From Lama guanicoe (Eukaryota), in the NCBI GenBank assembly GCA_013239625.1, contig MU054220.1:6556626-6620625 (forward strand): a DNA stretch of 64,000 bases, given 5' to 3'. The notes beneath the pieces are model-generated. The model searched no databases and had not been told where the DNA came from. It saw only the letters and a list, made by a program, of their open reading frames with translations. How positions within the stretch are numbered: the stretch's first letter is position 1; each line of letters starts with the position of its first letter. Both the position numbers and the translations under genes were made by a program. Below are positions 37,811 to 50,640 of the stretch, in pieces.

Positions 37811-38759
37811 ATTTTGTCGATATCATTTTTTTTTGTACTGGGATGCAACGCATGTTATGATATCACAGAGTATTTCTTCTACAGCAGAGACTTGTCTTAC
37901 TTCATCCTGTATTGATTGTATTTTATTGTATTGTATTGATTGTATAATTTGGCTCACTTCATACTGTACTGATTGACAGGACTTGCCTAGTTGGTTGTGT
38001 CTACCTGATTTCATGGCAATGTGGTGAAGATTGTCTAAGCAAGGACATATTATAACATTCTTAGAAGAACGCATGACACAGAAAACAGTCAACAAATCAG
38101 TGTTACCTCTCACTATTAACATTCCACCATCACCACCATAGTTAATACTTCTGCCCTATTACCTCAAGGGAGGTAGCACTTGTATGAAAAAGGCAAAAAT
38201 TAGTTGTGGAATCTGTATTTTTCTTAAAGACCCAAGGTGATTGACTTGGGCAGCCACGTATGAGAGCCCAGGATAAAGACAGTGTGGCATTTACTTTTTT
38301 TTGTGCTCCAGATATTCATCAATGTTCAAGAGAAGTTGAAAGCTAAGAATGGATTTGTCGTTCTCATTCTTAAGCATTGGATAGATACTTTGATTTACTT
38401 CCGTGTATGTGGAAATGGCCAACTCTTGAGCTTCACTAGCTGGAAAATTAAAGTGTCTCTATCTACCAGTCTTGTGAACCAAAGTCTGGGAATTTATACA
38501 TGCAAACAAAGTGCCTGAGTTGCTTTCAGAAAATATTGGGTCTTTATCTTCTACCTACTATTCAAATTGTGCAAAGCATTTTGACATGGAATCCTAAATA
38601 ATCTTTGTAAAAATTGGGTTTAAACTGCTTACTTTAGGATTAAAACAAAGGATAAGTTTGTTTTCATTTTAAAACTAGAGGTAAATTAGGAGATGACTTT
38701 GGATTGTGTAAATTTAGATGGATGAAGACCAGAAGTATCAATAGCAGAAAAAAAACGGT

Positions 38760-39000
38760 GACACTTAAGGATGTATATTTGCCAGACGACAGTGTTTAAC
38801 ATGAATACATAGTATCTTTAATTCTCACAACAACTTTAGGAGACAGGAACTATTTATGTTTCCAAGATATAGCCAAGGACACGGGTTCAGAGAGATTAAG
38901 TAATTTGCTCAAGGTAACACAGCTAGTAATAGAAAGTGCCAGTGTGTCTAACACCAGATCTCTCTGGCTCTGAAGTTCTTTTTCTTAATCGCTACACCAG
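38760..39000 (-). mobile_element. MIR SINE
   Basis: aattctcacaacaact...cagagagattaagtaatttgctcaaggtaacacagctagtaa. Confidence 0.8.
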
Positions 39001-39184
39001 ATGATGTGTGCTTTTAGTTCACATTTCAGAAGCAGGTGTTAATTCTGTCTTTGCTGTTACTGGTTCTATTAAGGTTTCTTCTTCTTTTAAGAAGATCCCT
39101 TGACAGCATTCTTTCCTTGGCAACCCACGGATTCCCTGCAAGTGTTAACTCACATCAAACCCTGTGTTTTTCTTTGGAAAAAAA

Positions 39185-39300
39185 ATGTTATTCAACAAAT
39201 ATTAGTTAATATGTGAGATAACTGCATTGCATACTCGAGAGGTCTGCACAAAGAAGATGTGGGCATATAATTCAGGAGTTTACAATCTTATAAACATCAA
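39185..39300 (-). mobile_element. L2 3' fragment
   Basis: ttattcaacaaatattagtt...caggagtttacaatct. Confidence 0.5.
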
Positions 39301-39603
39301 AAGCACATGAGAGTAAGGAGCCTTGCAAATTTAGATATCTGCTACAGGTTCACTGAATGAAGGTACATATTTTATTCTCTCCCACTTTCCCACTGGCATA
39401 CATCACACTGTCCCAAAATTGGATGATCCACCATCTCTCTTGCCATCTTGTCACGATAAGCAAACAGGATAATATATCTGTTATCTCTGCTTCAGTGTAG
39501 ACTGTCCAAATTTTGATGTTCTAAGAGTCTCTACAATGTCTATAATTACCTGTCCTACCTCTGCTTTGGATACCTGAGGGTGTAATAATTTCTTGTTAAG
39601 GAG

Positions 39604-39606
<3 letters not shown>

Positions 39607-39675
<69 letters not shown>

Positions 39676-39698
39676 CATACATACGTACATACATATAC
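39607..39698. repeat. Compound microsatellite (AT)16(AC)15 with a TACA-like tail
   Basis: Read directly from sequence. Confidence 0.97.
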
Positions 39699-40639
39699 CA
39701 AAAAATTCTCATTTTATCATCATGCCTGTCCTGGAATAAATCAGAAATGTGACTAGAAAGAGTGCATCTTCCTCCGTAGCTGCATCATTGAAAGTGACTC
39801 TGAGGATGCAGGATTCCCTTGTTGCTGTGAGTGTGGACAGGAGGCACCGCTCTGGGCAGGCTGGGGAATATGGGTAGGCTGAGGAAGTCAGTGAGACGGC
39901 AGTGTTCTGTGCTGCGTTCTTAATCACATTTTATCTACACGCCTAGTTTCTGATAAGAAAGGTACCGATCACAATCCCTTCAGTGAGTAATGACCTGCTT
40001 ACCTACTAGTGGGTGAGCAAATTGCATTTGACCACTTTCTATAAAATATTTCTCCCTCTAATCTGCTTGCAGTTATGAGTTGAACAATGAAGTGACTAGT
40101 AGAATCAGATAAATAACGCTTTGTGGATTAACTAGACTTTCTCTGTCAGATTTTGTCAAACCTTTGAGATTTTCTTCATGGACTGTTAAGTAGCTGTCGT
40201 GTTCAAAATGTGCCTAGGGGTGTATTTCTTTGTATCTTGCACAATTCGGTGAAGAAGGAAAAAATGTGCCCTAATATCAGTCAGCCAGTGCAGCTTCTCT
40301 CTGGTGCTTCCTTCCATGATGATGCTCTGGGACCTGGGGTGCGGGCGTTTCGTATTCTAAAGGGAAAACATGTAATTTAGCAGCCAAACCAGTCATTGGA
40401 AGAAAGGGATTTTATATTTTGTTCAGACATATTATCACTATAATAAACACCTAACCTAACTATTTTTTGAGACTTCTGGTTCAAGGAGAGGATTTAATGG
40501 GAGAAGGGGCTGGAAAAAGTCAGCGATGGGTCAAAGGGGAAGGGAAAAAAAAAAAAAAAAAAGAAAAAGAAACCATACCAGAATATGAAAAGCACAGAAG
40601 AAAGAGGGGAAGTGGCTCAAGGATTAACAGGGAAGGAGC

Positions 40640-40860
40640 ATATAAAGCAGCAGAGAAGAGCAGAAGCTTTGGAGCAGACTCACTTGCACCCAGTTGATGG
40701 CTGTGCCATTGCCAGCTATGTGACCTCGGACAAATTATTTCACCTTATTTCTTTTATTAAAAAAAAATTGCGATGATTCCTGTATGTTTTCCATGTTATT
40801 GTGAGACTTCAACGGCATTTTATGTGAAACACTTAGCTCAAGGCTTAGCCACAAAATTAC
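40640..40860 (+). mobile_element. MIR SINE
   Basis: gctttggagcagac...ccagctatgtgacctcggacaaattatttcacct...tgtgaaacacttagc. Confidence 0.75.
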
Positions 40861-42639
40861 CATCCGTAGGCAGGAACCTCTATGTGATTGTACTTTCTTT
40901 AGAATAAAAAAAAAGGACTTGAGAGTCGCAGATAAGGTTGGAAGTGGTAGATTGCCAGACGCTGCTGTTTCTACTGTCGTTCGGGTCAACCACACCAAAT
41001 GCTGCTCACCCCTGAACCCTCTAATTTTGTGCTAATATTATTCCACCTCCGTATTTAGAAACCACGCAAATGGTCGGACCCACGAGTCAACATCCGTGTT
41101 GTACTGTGGCTCTGAGATAAGTCTCCATCAGAACTGATTCCACTGGCTGCATTTATCTGGGCTCCTGCAGTCTCGTGGCATTTCAGCCTTCATGGACTTC
41201 CTGGGAGCTGATTTAAGGTGCACACATCAGTCAGAGCCTAATCAAGCTCAAAGCTAGTGGCTTCTCAGGGGATGAGACAAGCAACCATTGAGGCCAGTGC
41301 AATCAAGGTGGCCCTTGGGTTCACAGACCCCCACCTGAAATAAATCTGGAGCGTGCCTTTTAAATTCAGTAAGCACTGATGAAGCAGCTGCCCAAGGGGA
41401 GACCCTGACTGCACACTATAAATGCATCTATCACGGAGTAGCCATAAGTAACACTCTTTGGTTTTTATAAATAATTAACTCTGAGTAGTAGCTAGTAGCT
41501 TGGCTGAATTCTCAGGGTACTGGTGTGCCTTAGATTCGGAATAAATAAATGTAAAATTTTGAGCCTATATCCTATTGTGTGTGTGAGTGAAAACTCTTAC
41601 ATTTTGTTTGTTTATTGATCTGTTTTATTCTTCATGTGGCTATTAAGTGCAAGTTTATTTCTAGGAAAAACACGGGGCATCACAATGGTTTAATGTCCTT
41701 TGGCTCTCATTATTTTAAGCTGAGGTTTCCCTGCAATGGATGGGTAATAAGGTGACCCAAAACCAAGGTTGATCTCCTTATCCTGTGGGAGCTGGTGAAA
41801 GAGAGGGCCAGAAGCTTGGCGGGCAGAAATGACTCCTCAGATAAACAGGCTTTTTGAAGGTAACAAATAAATCTTGATGCTTGAATGAGCTGGTGTGAGG
41901 TGAAGACTGCTGGATGAGGATTCTCTGCTGTGTTCTTCTGGGACCTCTTCATTTAGTGCCTTTGTGTCTGTGTAAAATAAAAACAATGATCTCTTGTCTT
42001 GTGAATTTCCATGGAGATGTCCATTAGTTTCATTAGGATGATGCAGTTTCAAGGGCAGTCTGCCTCCCTTTGCATGGGGTTCCTCACATGCATTCCCATT
42101 CAGAGGTCACTTGCTTGCTTACGTTTTGAGACTCATTTGAATTAATGATACACTAGATGTCTAAATACAGCTTCCAACTTAGAAAACTTAATTGATAAGA
42201 AATAATAATTCAGATATAATAATGTTTATTTCCTGTGATGCTCCATGTAAGCTCAGAGTCTGACAATTAGGCAGTTTTCATTTTAGGAGACAATTGAAAC
42301 CTTCAGAAATCCTCAGAAAATGCAACTGTGTCCAAAGTAACTAGAAGAGGACTCAATCATTGCCTCAGAGACATTGTAAATAATCTGTTTTTAAGATGAA
42401 ACAATGCAAGGCCGCAGAAGGTATCAAATTTCTGCCCAAGCAGGCAACTGAAATACACATTTTAGGAAAATTTAGTCATGCAAAAAAAAGAGAAAAAATT
42501 AGCAGGAATGTTTATTAAGATATAAGTAACTGTAACTGCAAAGTGGCTTCGCTAATCCTCAACTCAAATAAAAGCAGAGAATGAAGCAGTGTCTGTTTTA
42601 GCCTTAATTGGAAGTAGTGACCATTTCCTAGAAATTTTG

Positions 42640-42830
42640 AGAGCAAGGTATTGTAATCAGACTGTGATGTTTGGGTTGACATCCCGTGCCTACAGCCATG
42701 TAGCCTTGCACTAATCACTTACTCTATGTCTTCCTCAGTTTCTCTACCTAGAAAAAAGGAGTAGAAATAGCTGGAATATGTCCCTTGTAAATGCTTTTTA
42801 TAAATGCTTTAGAGTAGCATTTACAGTCAT
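42640..42830 (+). mobile_element. MIR fragment
   Basis: cacttactct...cctcagtttctctacctagaaaaaaggagtagaaatag. Confidence 0.5.
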
Positions 42831-43659
42831 GAATTCACCCTTAAAATTAACTTCTGGACTCTTTCTTGAATATGGGGTTAACAAAACAGAAAGTTATAGT
42901 GATAAACTCTGGACACCAGAAGTCACCATGACTCCTGTTCTGAATTCCATTATGCGGTGATGGTGATGATGATGATGGTCGTAATGACCAGGTCAATGCC
43001 TTAAAAGGAAATGGACACAAACGCCATCACATCTGTGGGTAGTGGAAAGAGAGTGACCTAGTCAATGTGTCTAGAGCTTTGAGTAGAGGTGGAGATTGCA
43101 TTTTCTAGTCACCTAGGTCTGAACTCTCCCACTGTCTTTGTTTAGTTTCAGAACTCACTGAGAGAGACGTGGCCTCTCTTTTTTGAACTTACAGACCCAG
43201 GCAATGCAGCATATCATTTTGCTCTTGTGTTCCACATAAACCACACATATCAGGCATATATATATGTATGCTGTTTATTTATTTATTTATTTTAACAGGC
43301 GTTCCTGAAGATTTTTTAATCTACTATAAGCAAACAGTTTAGCAACACAATTTTAAATTAAATATTAAACAAGCTTATACCTTCAAATCCTTCACCTTAG
43401 TTCTTCCCAAACGCTGATCTTTTGTGTTCATGTCTGGTCATTCTCCCTTTTGTCTCCCTGAGAGTTATTGCTTTTTTTCCAGAAAGTATGTGATAGAGTC
43501 TGTTAGCAACTCCAAAATAATTTCTCTCACTGTATTATGCAAAGCAATCTGACCCTCCCCAAAGGCTGTCAAAGGACGATATCTGCATAACCACAATGTC
43601 GTAGGAGAAACTGAATTGAGAGAGAACCTATTGTCAAACAGATGGCTCTTTTAGACAAT

Positions 43660-44800
43660 GATAAAGATGTTGGGTTTTAATTCTAGTAAATTTAGAAGCT
43701 ATTAGAATCTTTCAAATTGAGAGAAAGAAGTGATCCCTAACATATATTCTAGAAGTATCACCTTGGGTAACAAGTGAAGAATGACCACATGGGAGAAAAA
43801 TCAGCAGAAGCAAGGAAACCAATTAGGAAGTTATTGCAACCATGAAGGCAAGATATAATGGTGATTTCTATAAATATGGTTATTAGCAATAGAAGTCATG
43901 AAAAGTGTCAGATTTTGAAAATATATTGAGGATATAGCCCATAATATTTGCTTATGGGTTGTAGATAGCATGTGAGGGGACAGAAAAAAAAAAGTGTGTT
44001 CAAAATTTGAGGCTTTATCTACTAGAAGGAAAGAGTTTTGAATTCCTTAGATGGGCATTGCTGTAGGAAGGCAAGTTGGGACAATAGGGGAACTGGAAAT
44101 TTGTCTTAAGACATACTGAGTTTCAGATGTGTATTAGATATCTCACCAGAGATGTTAAGAAGGAATTGAAAGATCAGAATTTGCAACCCAGGAGATAGGT
44201 TTAGGCTGAAGATTAAATGTGCCAATCATAATACAGATGCTGTGTATAGCCACAAGTTTGGATGAGATTATCAATGGAGATAAGTGTAGAAACAAAGGAG
44301 AGGAGGTCCTTCAAACTAGGGCACTTCAGTGTTTAGATCAAAACAAAAGGATAGGGTGCTGAGATGGAACAGCAAATATGTAGGAGAACCAGGAGAGTCT
44401 GGTGTTACTGAAGCCAAGTTGAGAAAGTGATTCTAGAAGATAAGAAAGACTTATAGATGCAGAGGTTGGCAAAAGGTTTGGTAAGATGACGATCAAGATT
44501 TCACCACTGAGTTCGTAAGCTAGGAGCCTCAACAAGAGCGAGAATGGTGGAGCTGCAAAGCCGAAAACTTGATCAGAGTGAACGCAAGAAGTAGAAGGGA
44601 TCTGAGGGCAGGTGATGCATACAGATAACTATTTGAAGGAGTTTTGCTATAAAAAGGAAAAGCAATAGGATGGATGGTGACTAAAAGGAAGTGTGGTATT
44701 AGGAGAGATTTGAGATTAAAAAAATTAATTTGATATTAATTTGTTTGATGGAACATATAGCCTACTGATGATGGTTCAGGAAAAAGTGAAAATTTGATTT
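43660..44800 (-). mobile_element. Long L2 fragment
   Basis: gaagcaaggaaaccaattaggaagttattgca...ttggatgagatta...gagaaccaggagagt...gaagccaag...gaaggagttttgctataaa. Confidence 0.8.
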
Positions 44801-44982
44801 TGTTATTAAAAGGGACAATTTCAGGAAAGAAGCCTTATAGTCGGTAAGTCAAGACAGTACTTAACATGCAGTAATGTTGTTTTAGATATCAGTAAAGTCA
44901 AAATAAAGAGACAGAATAAATGACTCATCATAGAAGTTAAATAAAGGCTGGCTATTAATATTATCTAGAAACTTGCACATAT

Positions 44983-45115
44983 TGTTATTAAAAAAAAGAT
45001 GGTAGGGGAGGTAATTCGTTTTATTTATTTATTTTTCATGGAGGTATAGGGGATTGAACCCAGGACGTCATGCATGCTAGGCAGGCACTCTACTACTGAG
45101 CTGTACCCTCCCCCT
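44983..45115 (-). mobile_element. tRNA-Ala-derived SINE (camelid vic-1-like)
   Basis: Reverse strand reads gggggagggtacagctcagtagtagagtgc...ctgggttcaatcccc...aataaataaaacgaattacctcccc; perfect 10-bp TSD ttgcacatat at 44973-44982 and 45116-45125. Confidence 0.92.
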
Positions 45116-47312
45116 TTGCACATATAAATTATTCACATTATAGGAAATTTATTACAACAATGATTTCTTACTGGAAATTGAAGTTATTAAAAATTTGTTG
45201 AAGAAACTTATAAGACTCATTGCCTATTATTACTTTCACCCTTCCTGCTGGTATGGATTCTCTCAAGGAGGAAATTCTCCTCCTCTCTCAAGGGGAGCAA
45301 CCTGGGACAAAGTAACTCTTGAGCCTAACTGCCTCCTGCAAACCTGCTTCACTTGGCTTCACTGAAAATTGGTGGTGGTGAGAGGAACTGGGTGGCGACT
45401 CAGATACCAGCGCCCTTGGCACGATTCTCTTCTCCAAGGCCAGACTTAGATTTCCAGAACTATTGAAACCCATTTCAGGAACTATCTCTCATTCTGTCTC
45501 TTTGTTTGCTGGTTTGATTTGTAGACGACTATGCCTGAAATCAGCTTAACCTGCTAGGTAGTGAGCTTGGAATCTTGCTGCTCCATAATGAAGGTCCTTG
45601 TGATGGGCAAGCAGACGTTGGTTGTTAAATTGCAGAGTTTTCAAGGACTTTCCATGAACTCCAGCTGTAATTCCAAACTGGTATTTCACTAAGTCAGAAA
45701 GGAGTGCAAATGGCCTATTTCCCCTGTCCTTTCTGCCAATTTGCTGTAAGTGCTGATTATTTTGTCAAGCGTTTTGAGCTCAGCCCTCTGCCTACAGTAT
45801 CTGCAGCCTCTGATGGATTGTGGTGAGGGCAGTAAGTGTTGGAAATGAAATGTCTTGTTTATTTAAGAGAAGAGTTGAAAGTGAAACAGGGTTTGCTCTG
45901 CTTTTGGGAAGACTGAGTAAATGCTAACGAGAAGTAATTGAAAGTCTTTATTTTCATATGAAAAATCAAGGGCAGATAATCCCTACATGCCCGGAATGGC
46001 AAGGCGGCTACTTTCATTAGAGGATAAAGAGCACCCTTAGAATGAAACAATCTCTGTTTATATTTTATTCAGGAGTTTGAAGAAGAGTCACATATAAAGT
46101 GTTAATCTATCATCCTTTATGCCTCTGTGGTTAGCAACTGTATTGAATCTCAACAAAGGGAAGTTTTACTTATTAAGAGTCTAGAATTCTTGATCTTGTG
46201 AAGTTTCTTTTAAAAATCTAACTAATACATGTTTAAGAAATTAACTGAGGGCGAAGAAAATCCTGACAATTTGTTATCAATGCTTGTGACAGCGAATCTG
46301 AAATAATCCAGTAACATTTTAAACATTAATTTATTTCAAAGTTATGTCTGAAGTAGTAGTTTTTAATAGAATGGAATCCAAGGGGACAGGTCTTCACATA
46401 TTCTGCAAAATTTTAATTACCAAAACAATGCAAGACACCATCGGTTTCCTTTATTATGGGTGTGCATGCTGGAGGTAGGGCTCTTTAATGATATTCAATA
46501 AACATTCTTAAGCCCCTTATTGTATGTTCAATCCTATACAAAGTAGCCACTGAGGGAAAGAGAGAGGAAGGGGAAGAAGTGGTGAGAATTATAAAATAAA
46601 TATCACGCAATCCACTTTTTACTTAAAGACCCAGAAGCTAATAGTTGTCTGTTCCTGGACAGCACCATAGAACTAAAGACGTACAAGTCTATGATCAGAG
46701 CACTTAACCAAAGCAATAACAGTCCTGATAAAAATTACTAGAATGGTTACAATATGTTTGATGTTTATTTTAATTAAAGCTACAGGAAGCATAGGACTTC
46801 ACACTGAACATGCAGGAAGATGAGGACTGTCTGACAGAATGGGGTACAAAGAAGAATTGAGGCTATGACGTTATGGAGACTTGGGAATAATGCACAGAGA
46901 CTCAGGGACAATTGCACAGTGAGCACTTCCAAGCCAGAGCATGTGTTCAAACTAAGCAGAGAGGAAGCATGAGGGATAAACAGGCATCCTCAACACTACG
47001 GTCTTCTGCTAAGCCTCGCTACGTGCAGCTATTCCATTGTCCTCTGAAAAAAAAATGAGCATCCAGGAAAAATCATGTATGAACCAACATTACTTATTCC
47101 TTATGTTGTTATCATTTCCTGTGTATCAAACACAAACAGGCTTCTTTATGTTTCAAAGACACACATTGTCTCAGAACGGATAGAATATAGGAATTTAGTG
47201 AAGTCTCAATAGGGAAGAAGGATTTTGTCTGAAACCAGAAGAATGGAGTTTGAATAAATAGAATAGATTAATCTTGTGTAATAAGGACTAATGATATTAT
47301 TAATACATAGCT

Positions 47313-47485
47313 GGGGGAAGGTGTAGCTCAGTGGTAGAGAGCTTTCTTAGCATGCACGAGGTTCTGGGTTCAACCTCTAGTATCTGTAAAAAAATAATAA
47401 TAAAATATAAAAATGTATAAGTAAGCCTAATTACCATCCCCCACAAGAAAAGAAAAAGAAATAAAAAGATAAAATAATTGTAAAA
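47313..47485 (+). mobile_element. tRNA-Ala-derived SINE (camelid vic-1-like)
   Basis: gggggaaggtgtagctcagtggtagag...cttagcatgcacgaggttctgggttcaacc, an A-rich linker, cctaattaccatccccc, and an A-rich tail. Confidence 0.92.
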
Positions 47486-47739
47486 AATACTAAACTACAG
47501 CACTGTCAATATGCATAATAAGAATTATGTGACAACATGTTAGGTACCCATCTGGGTAAATTGGTAAAGAAAGAAAATGGTTTTAGGTGGTTAGAGTAAC
47601 TGAAAATTATAAATCACTTTTTTCCAGAGCAGTTCTTTGGGATGTACAGAAAGCATAGATTTTAAAGATCAGACCCAATCAAATATGTCGGAGATATGTT
47701 TCTTTTAACTGTGTGACGTGGAGTGTCATCTGTGATTGC

Positions 47740-48488
47740 CCCTTTTCCTTACTGTCCATCTCTAGTCCATCATAAGACCTGCCAATTCCACCTCCAAACT
47801 ATATCCAGTCCCCACAGCCATGACTCTGGTCCAACGCGGCTCTTCAGCCACTTAATATCATTTGATTGATCCTCACAGATCATTCTCTACATGGCAGCCA
47901 GAACGGTCTTTCAAAATGTAACTCTGATCAAGTCATTCCTGCGCACATAGTCCTCTGCTGGTCCTTAACAGTGTTAAAAAATAATAATAATCAAGACCCT
48001 TATCTTGGTTTTCAGAACTATTTCCTGCCTAATTCTCTGACCTCACTGGATACCACTCTCTTTTCATTTAGTCCTCTGGGCCACCCTGGCCATCTTTCTG
48101 TTTCTCAGACATAGCAAGATTGCCCTTTCTTTGGGACCATGCCTTTAGCTTTTCTTCCTCATTGGGAACAGGCATCCCCAGCCCATCAAAATGACGGCTC
48201 CTATCACCCTTCGACTTGCTTCTTCCAAGGGGCCATCCCTGACCCATCTCTGTTGTGCCTGCTCTCTGAGCTGTAACATTCTTTTCCTCGCTCCGTTCTA
48301 TATCACTTGATTTGTTCCTTAGCACTGATCGCTAAATACAATTTTTTTCTAATTATTTGATGATTATGTGTTTTTTCTATTCAACTAGATTCTTAGCTCA
48401 ATTATGAATAAATATTTATTTTGTTTACTCTTGTATCTCCACCACCAAGAACAATATTTGGCAATAACACTTACTGAAGAAGAAATAA
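47740..48488 (+). mobile_element. L2 3' region
   Basis: gcagccagaacggtctttcaaaatgtaactctgatca...actagattcttagctc...tgtatctcccacc...ttactgaa. Confidence 0.75.
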
Positions 48489-48666
48489 AGCTGTAGTTTC
48501 TCTCATGAAAATTAGAAAATAACACCTACCTTGCAGGACTGTGGAGATTACGCGCCAGGCACATTCCATGACGTGCAGGACGGATGCTGCTCACCAAGGA
48601 TTAATTCCGTTCCTCTGACCTCTGCTGTTTGAAAATATATTCTGATTTAAACTATTGCTGCAGGTT

Positions 48667-49121
48667 GTATATTAGTTTCCTTGGGGCATTATAACAAATT
48701 ACCATAAACTTGGATGGCTTAAAAATAACAAATGTATTATGTCACAGTACTGGAGGCTAGAAGTCTGAAATCAAGGTGTCAGTGGGTCCTTGCTCCTTCT
48801 CTGAAGACTTTAAGAGGAGGATCCATCTCTGCCTGGTTCCAACTTCTGGTGGTTGCCAACAATCCTTGGAGTGAGTTCATGGTTTGTAGCAGCGTAACTC
48901 TAATCTCTGCCTCCATCTTCACATGTCTGTCTTCCCTGTATGTGTGTATGTCTATGTGCCTCAGTTTTCTGTTCTTCTAAGAGTCACTGGATCACGGTGC
49001 AGTCGAATCCAGCGTGACCTCATCTTACCCAGTTCCATATACAAAGGCCTGTTTCCAAACTGTCACATTCTGAGATTGTGGGTACATACAGATTTTTTTT
49101 TTGAGGACGTTATTCAATCCA
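48667..49121 (-). mobile_element. ERVL-MaLR solo LTR (MLT1C-like)
   Basis: attagtttcc...aacaaattaccataaactt...ctggaggctagaagtctgaaatcaaggtgtc...cttctggtggttgcc...gtcacattctgag. Confidence 0.85.
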
Positions 49122-49729
49122 AGAATGTCTGTTTCTGATAATATTGTAAGTTCCTTGAGGGCAGGGACCATAGATTTCTGCTAAACCAAGTACTTCCTCA
49201 GTAATTAGCAGAGTGACTTCCTGGATGTAATGGAGCAGGTTTTCACTTATTATTTTGGGAAAAGTTTTGGTGGTCAAGCAGTAGAAAAAAGAGCACATCT
49301 GTATTAAAATATGTAATGGAAACTTTTGCCTTATGGAGGAGAAGAGAGGAAGCCAAGCAGAGCAACCAGTCACATGGCAGGTTAACTTCTCCCCCATAGA
49401 AGACTGTGTAGTTCAAACTTTAATTCCTTTACAGCACTGTTAAAACACCAGAAGAACATATTAATTAGAAAAAGTGATTCTGAGTCAAATCTAGGGTATT
49501 TCTAATGGCTGGAAAACTAAAGCATGCTGCTGCTTCTTCTGTATCACTACTTAAAATGTGTATTTTTTATTATCAATTTTAATTTTATTTTCCTAGAATT
49601 CTAGAATCCTTGGGCCTGAAAGTACCTTTATGACAGCTGAGAAAACTCCCCTTTCACTTATTTGATATTTGAATTTCCCTTTATCCTCCGAAATCTTTGT
49701 CCAGCTTACACGCAGCTGTGGTTTCTTGC

Positions 49730-49850
49730 TAGGATGGACGTATCTTGAGACCAGGGATTGTGTCTCTTTCATCATCCATGTTGTGCCCAGCACCTAGTAC
49801 AGTGAGAGGCACAGGGTGGGCACACCACTAATATGTGTTAAATGAATAGC
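49730..49850 (+). mobile_element. L2 3' end
   Basis: cttgagaccagggattgtgtct...cccagcacctagtacagtg...gttaaatgaat. Confidence 0.7.
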
Positions 49851-50459
49851 AAAACATGTATCAAGTCACAGATTTCAGGAGGGTGGTCGGGGAATGGCGG
49901 GATGCTGCGCCAGGTAACAGAGACACAGAGAACGGTGCCAGGGCTTACTGTTAATACCTTTTCTTTTGCACTCTTTTGGCCACATACACAGATATAACAC
50001 ACAACTGCAAGTTGCAACAGTGCCTGACTCTAACTCAAATTCTAAAATACCCATCCAAGGAGGCAAAACTAAACTTTGATTCCTGTTATGTATTTGCAGC
50101 TTTCCTATCTATAATAGCCCCTCCCTACCTAAGGTGACTCACGGGACAGTCTCATAGTCCCGAGGCTACAATAGCTGGCTTCTGTGGAGAGGGACAACAA
50201 TGAAGGAGGATGAACTTGTGCTGAAGAAGTTAGAGACCAGTCTGACTCCTAAAGCAAGGCTTAGACTGAAACCTGACGTTAACTGTGTGTGGATGGCGCA
50301 TGGACGTTCTAGTGGGGAAAACAGGAAGCCTTCTCTTTGGGATGCTACCTACATGGACAGATTTTTTTGTAAATGAACAAAATCCTCAGTTCCCACGTGA
50401 GTGTTTCCCTCACACTTGGGAGCACATGACTTCTTTTTCCAACATGCTCCCGTGACATC

Positions 50460-50640
50460 TCGAGCTTCGCTTTTTACAGTGCTTATCACACTGATTGTAG
50501 TTTTAGTATCTGCATTCCTTCTGAATTGCACATTCCACAGGATGAGAACCATGCTGGCCGATCCACTGCCAGACCCCTAGTGCCTGCTAGTACAGTGCCT
50601 GGCAGGTAGCAGATAACCACTTATTTTGTGGAATTAAACT
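50460..50640 (+). mobile_element. L2 3' end
   Basis: gcttatcacactg...ccctagtgcc...acagtgcctggcaggtagcaga...ttttgtggaat. Confidence 0.6.

Noticed and set aside
37823..38122. 99-aa ORF with repeated QSIQY motifs
   Set aside because: The repetition comes from a low-complexity TATTG tract
47313..47390. tRNA-Ala(AGC) gene
   Set aside because: Stems are mismatched, an A-rich tail follows, and two homologues with TSDs occur in the window, so it is a SINE
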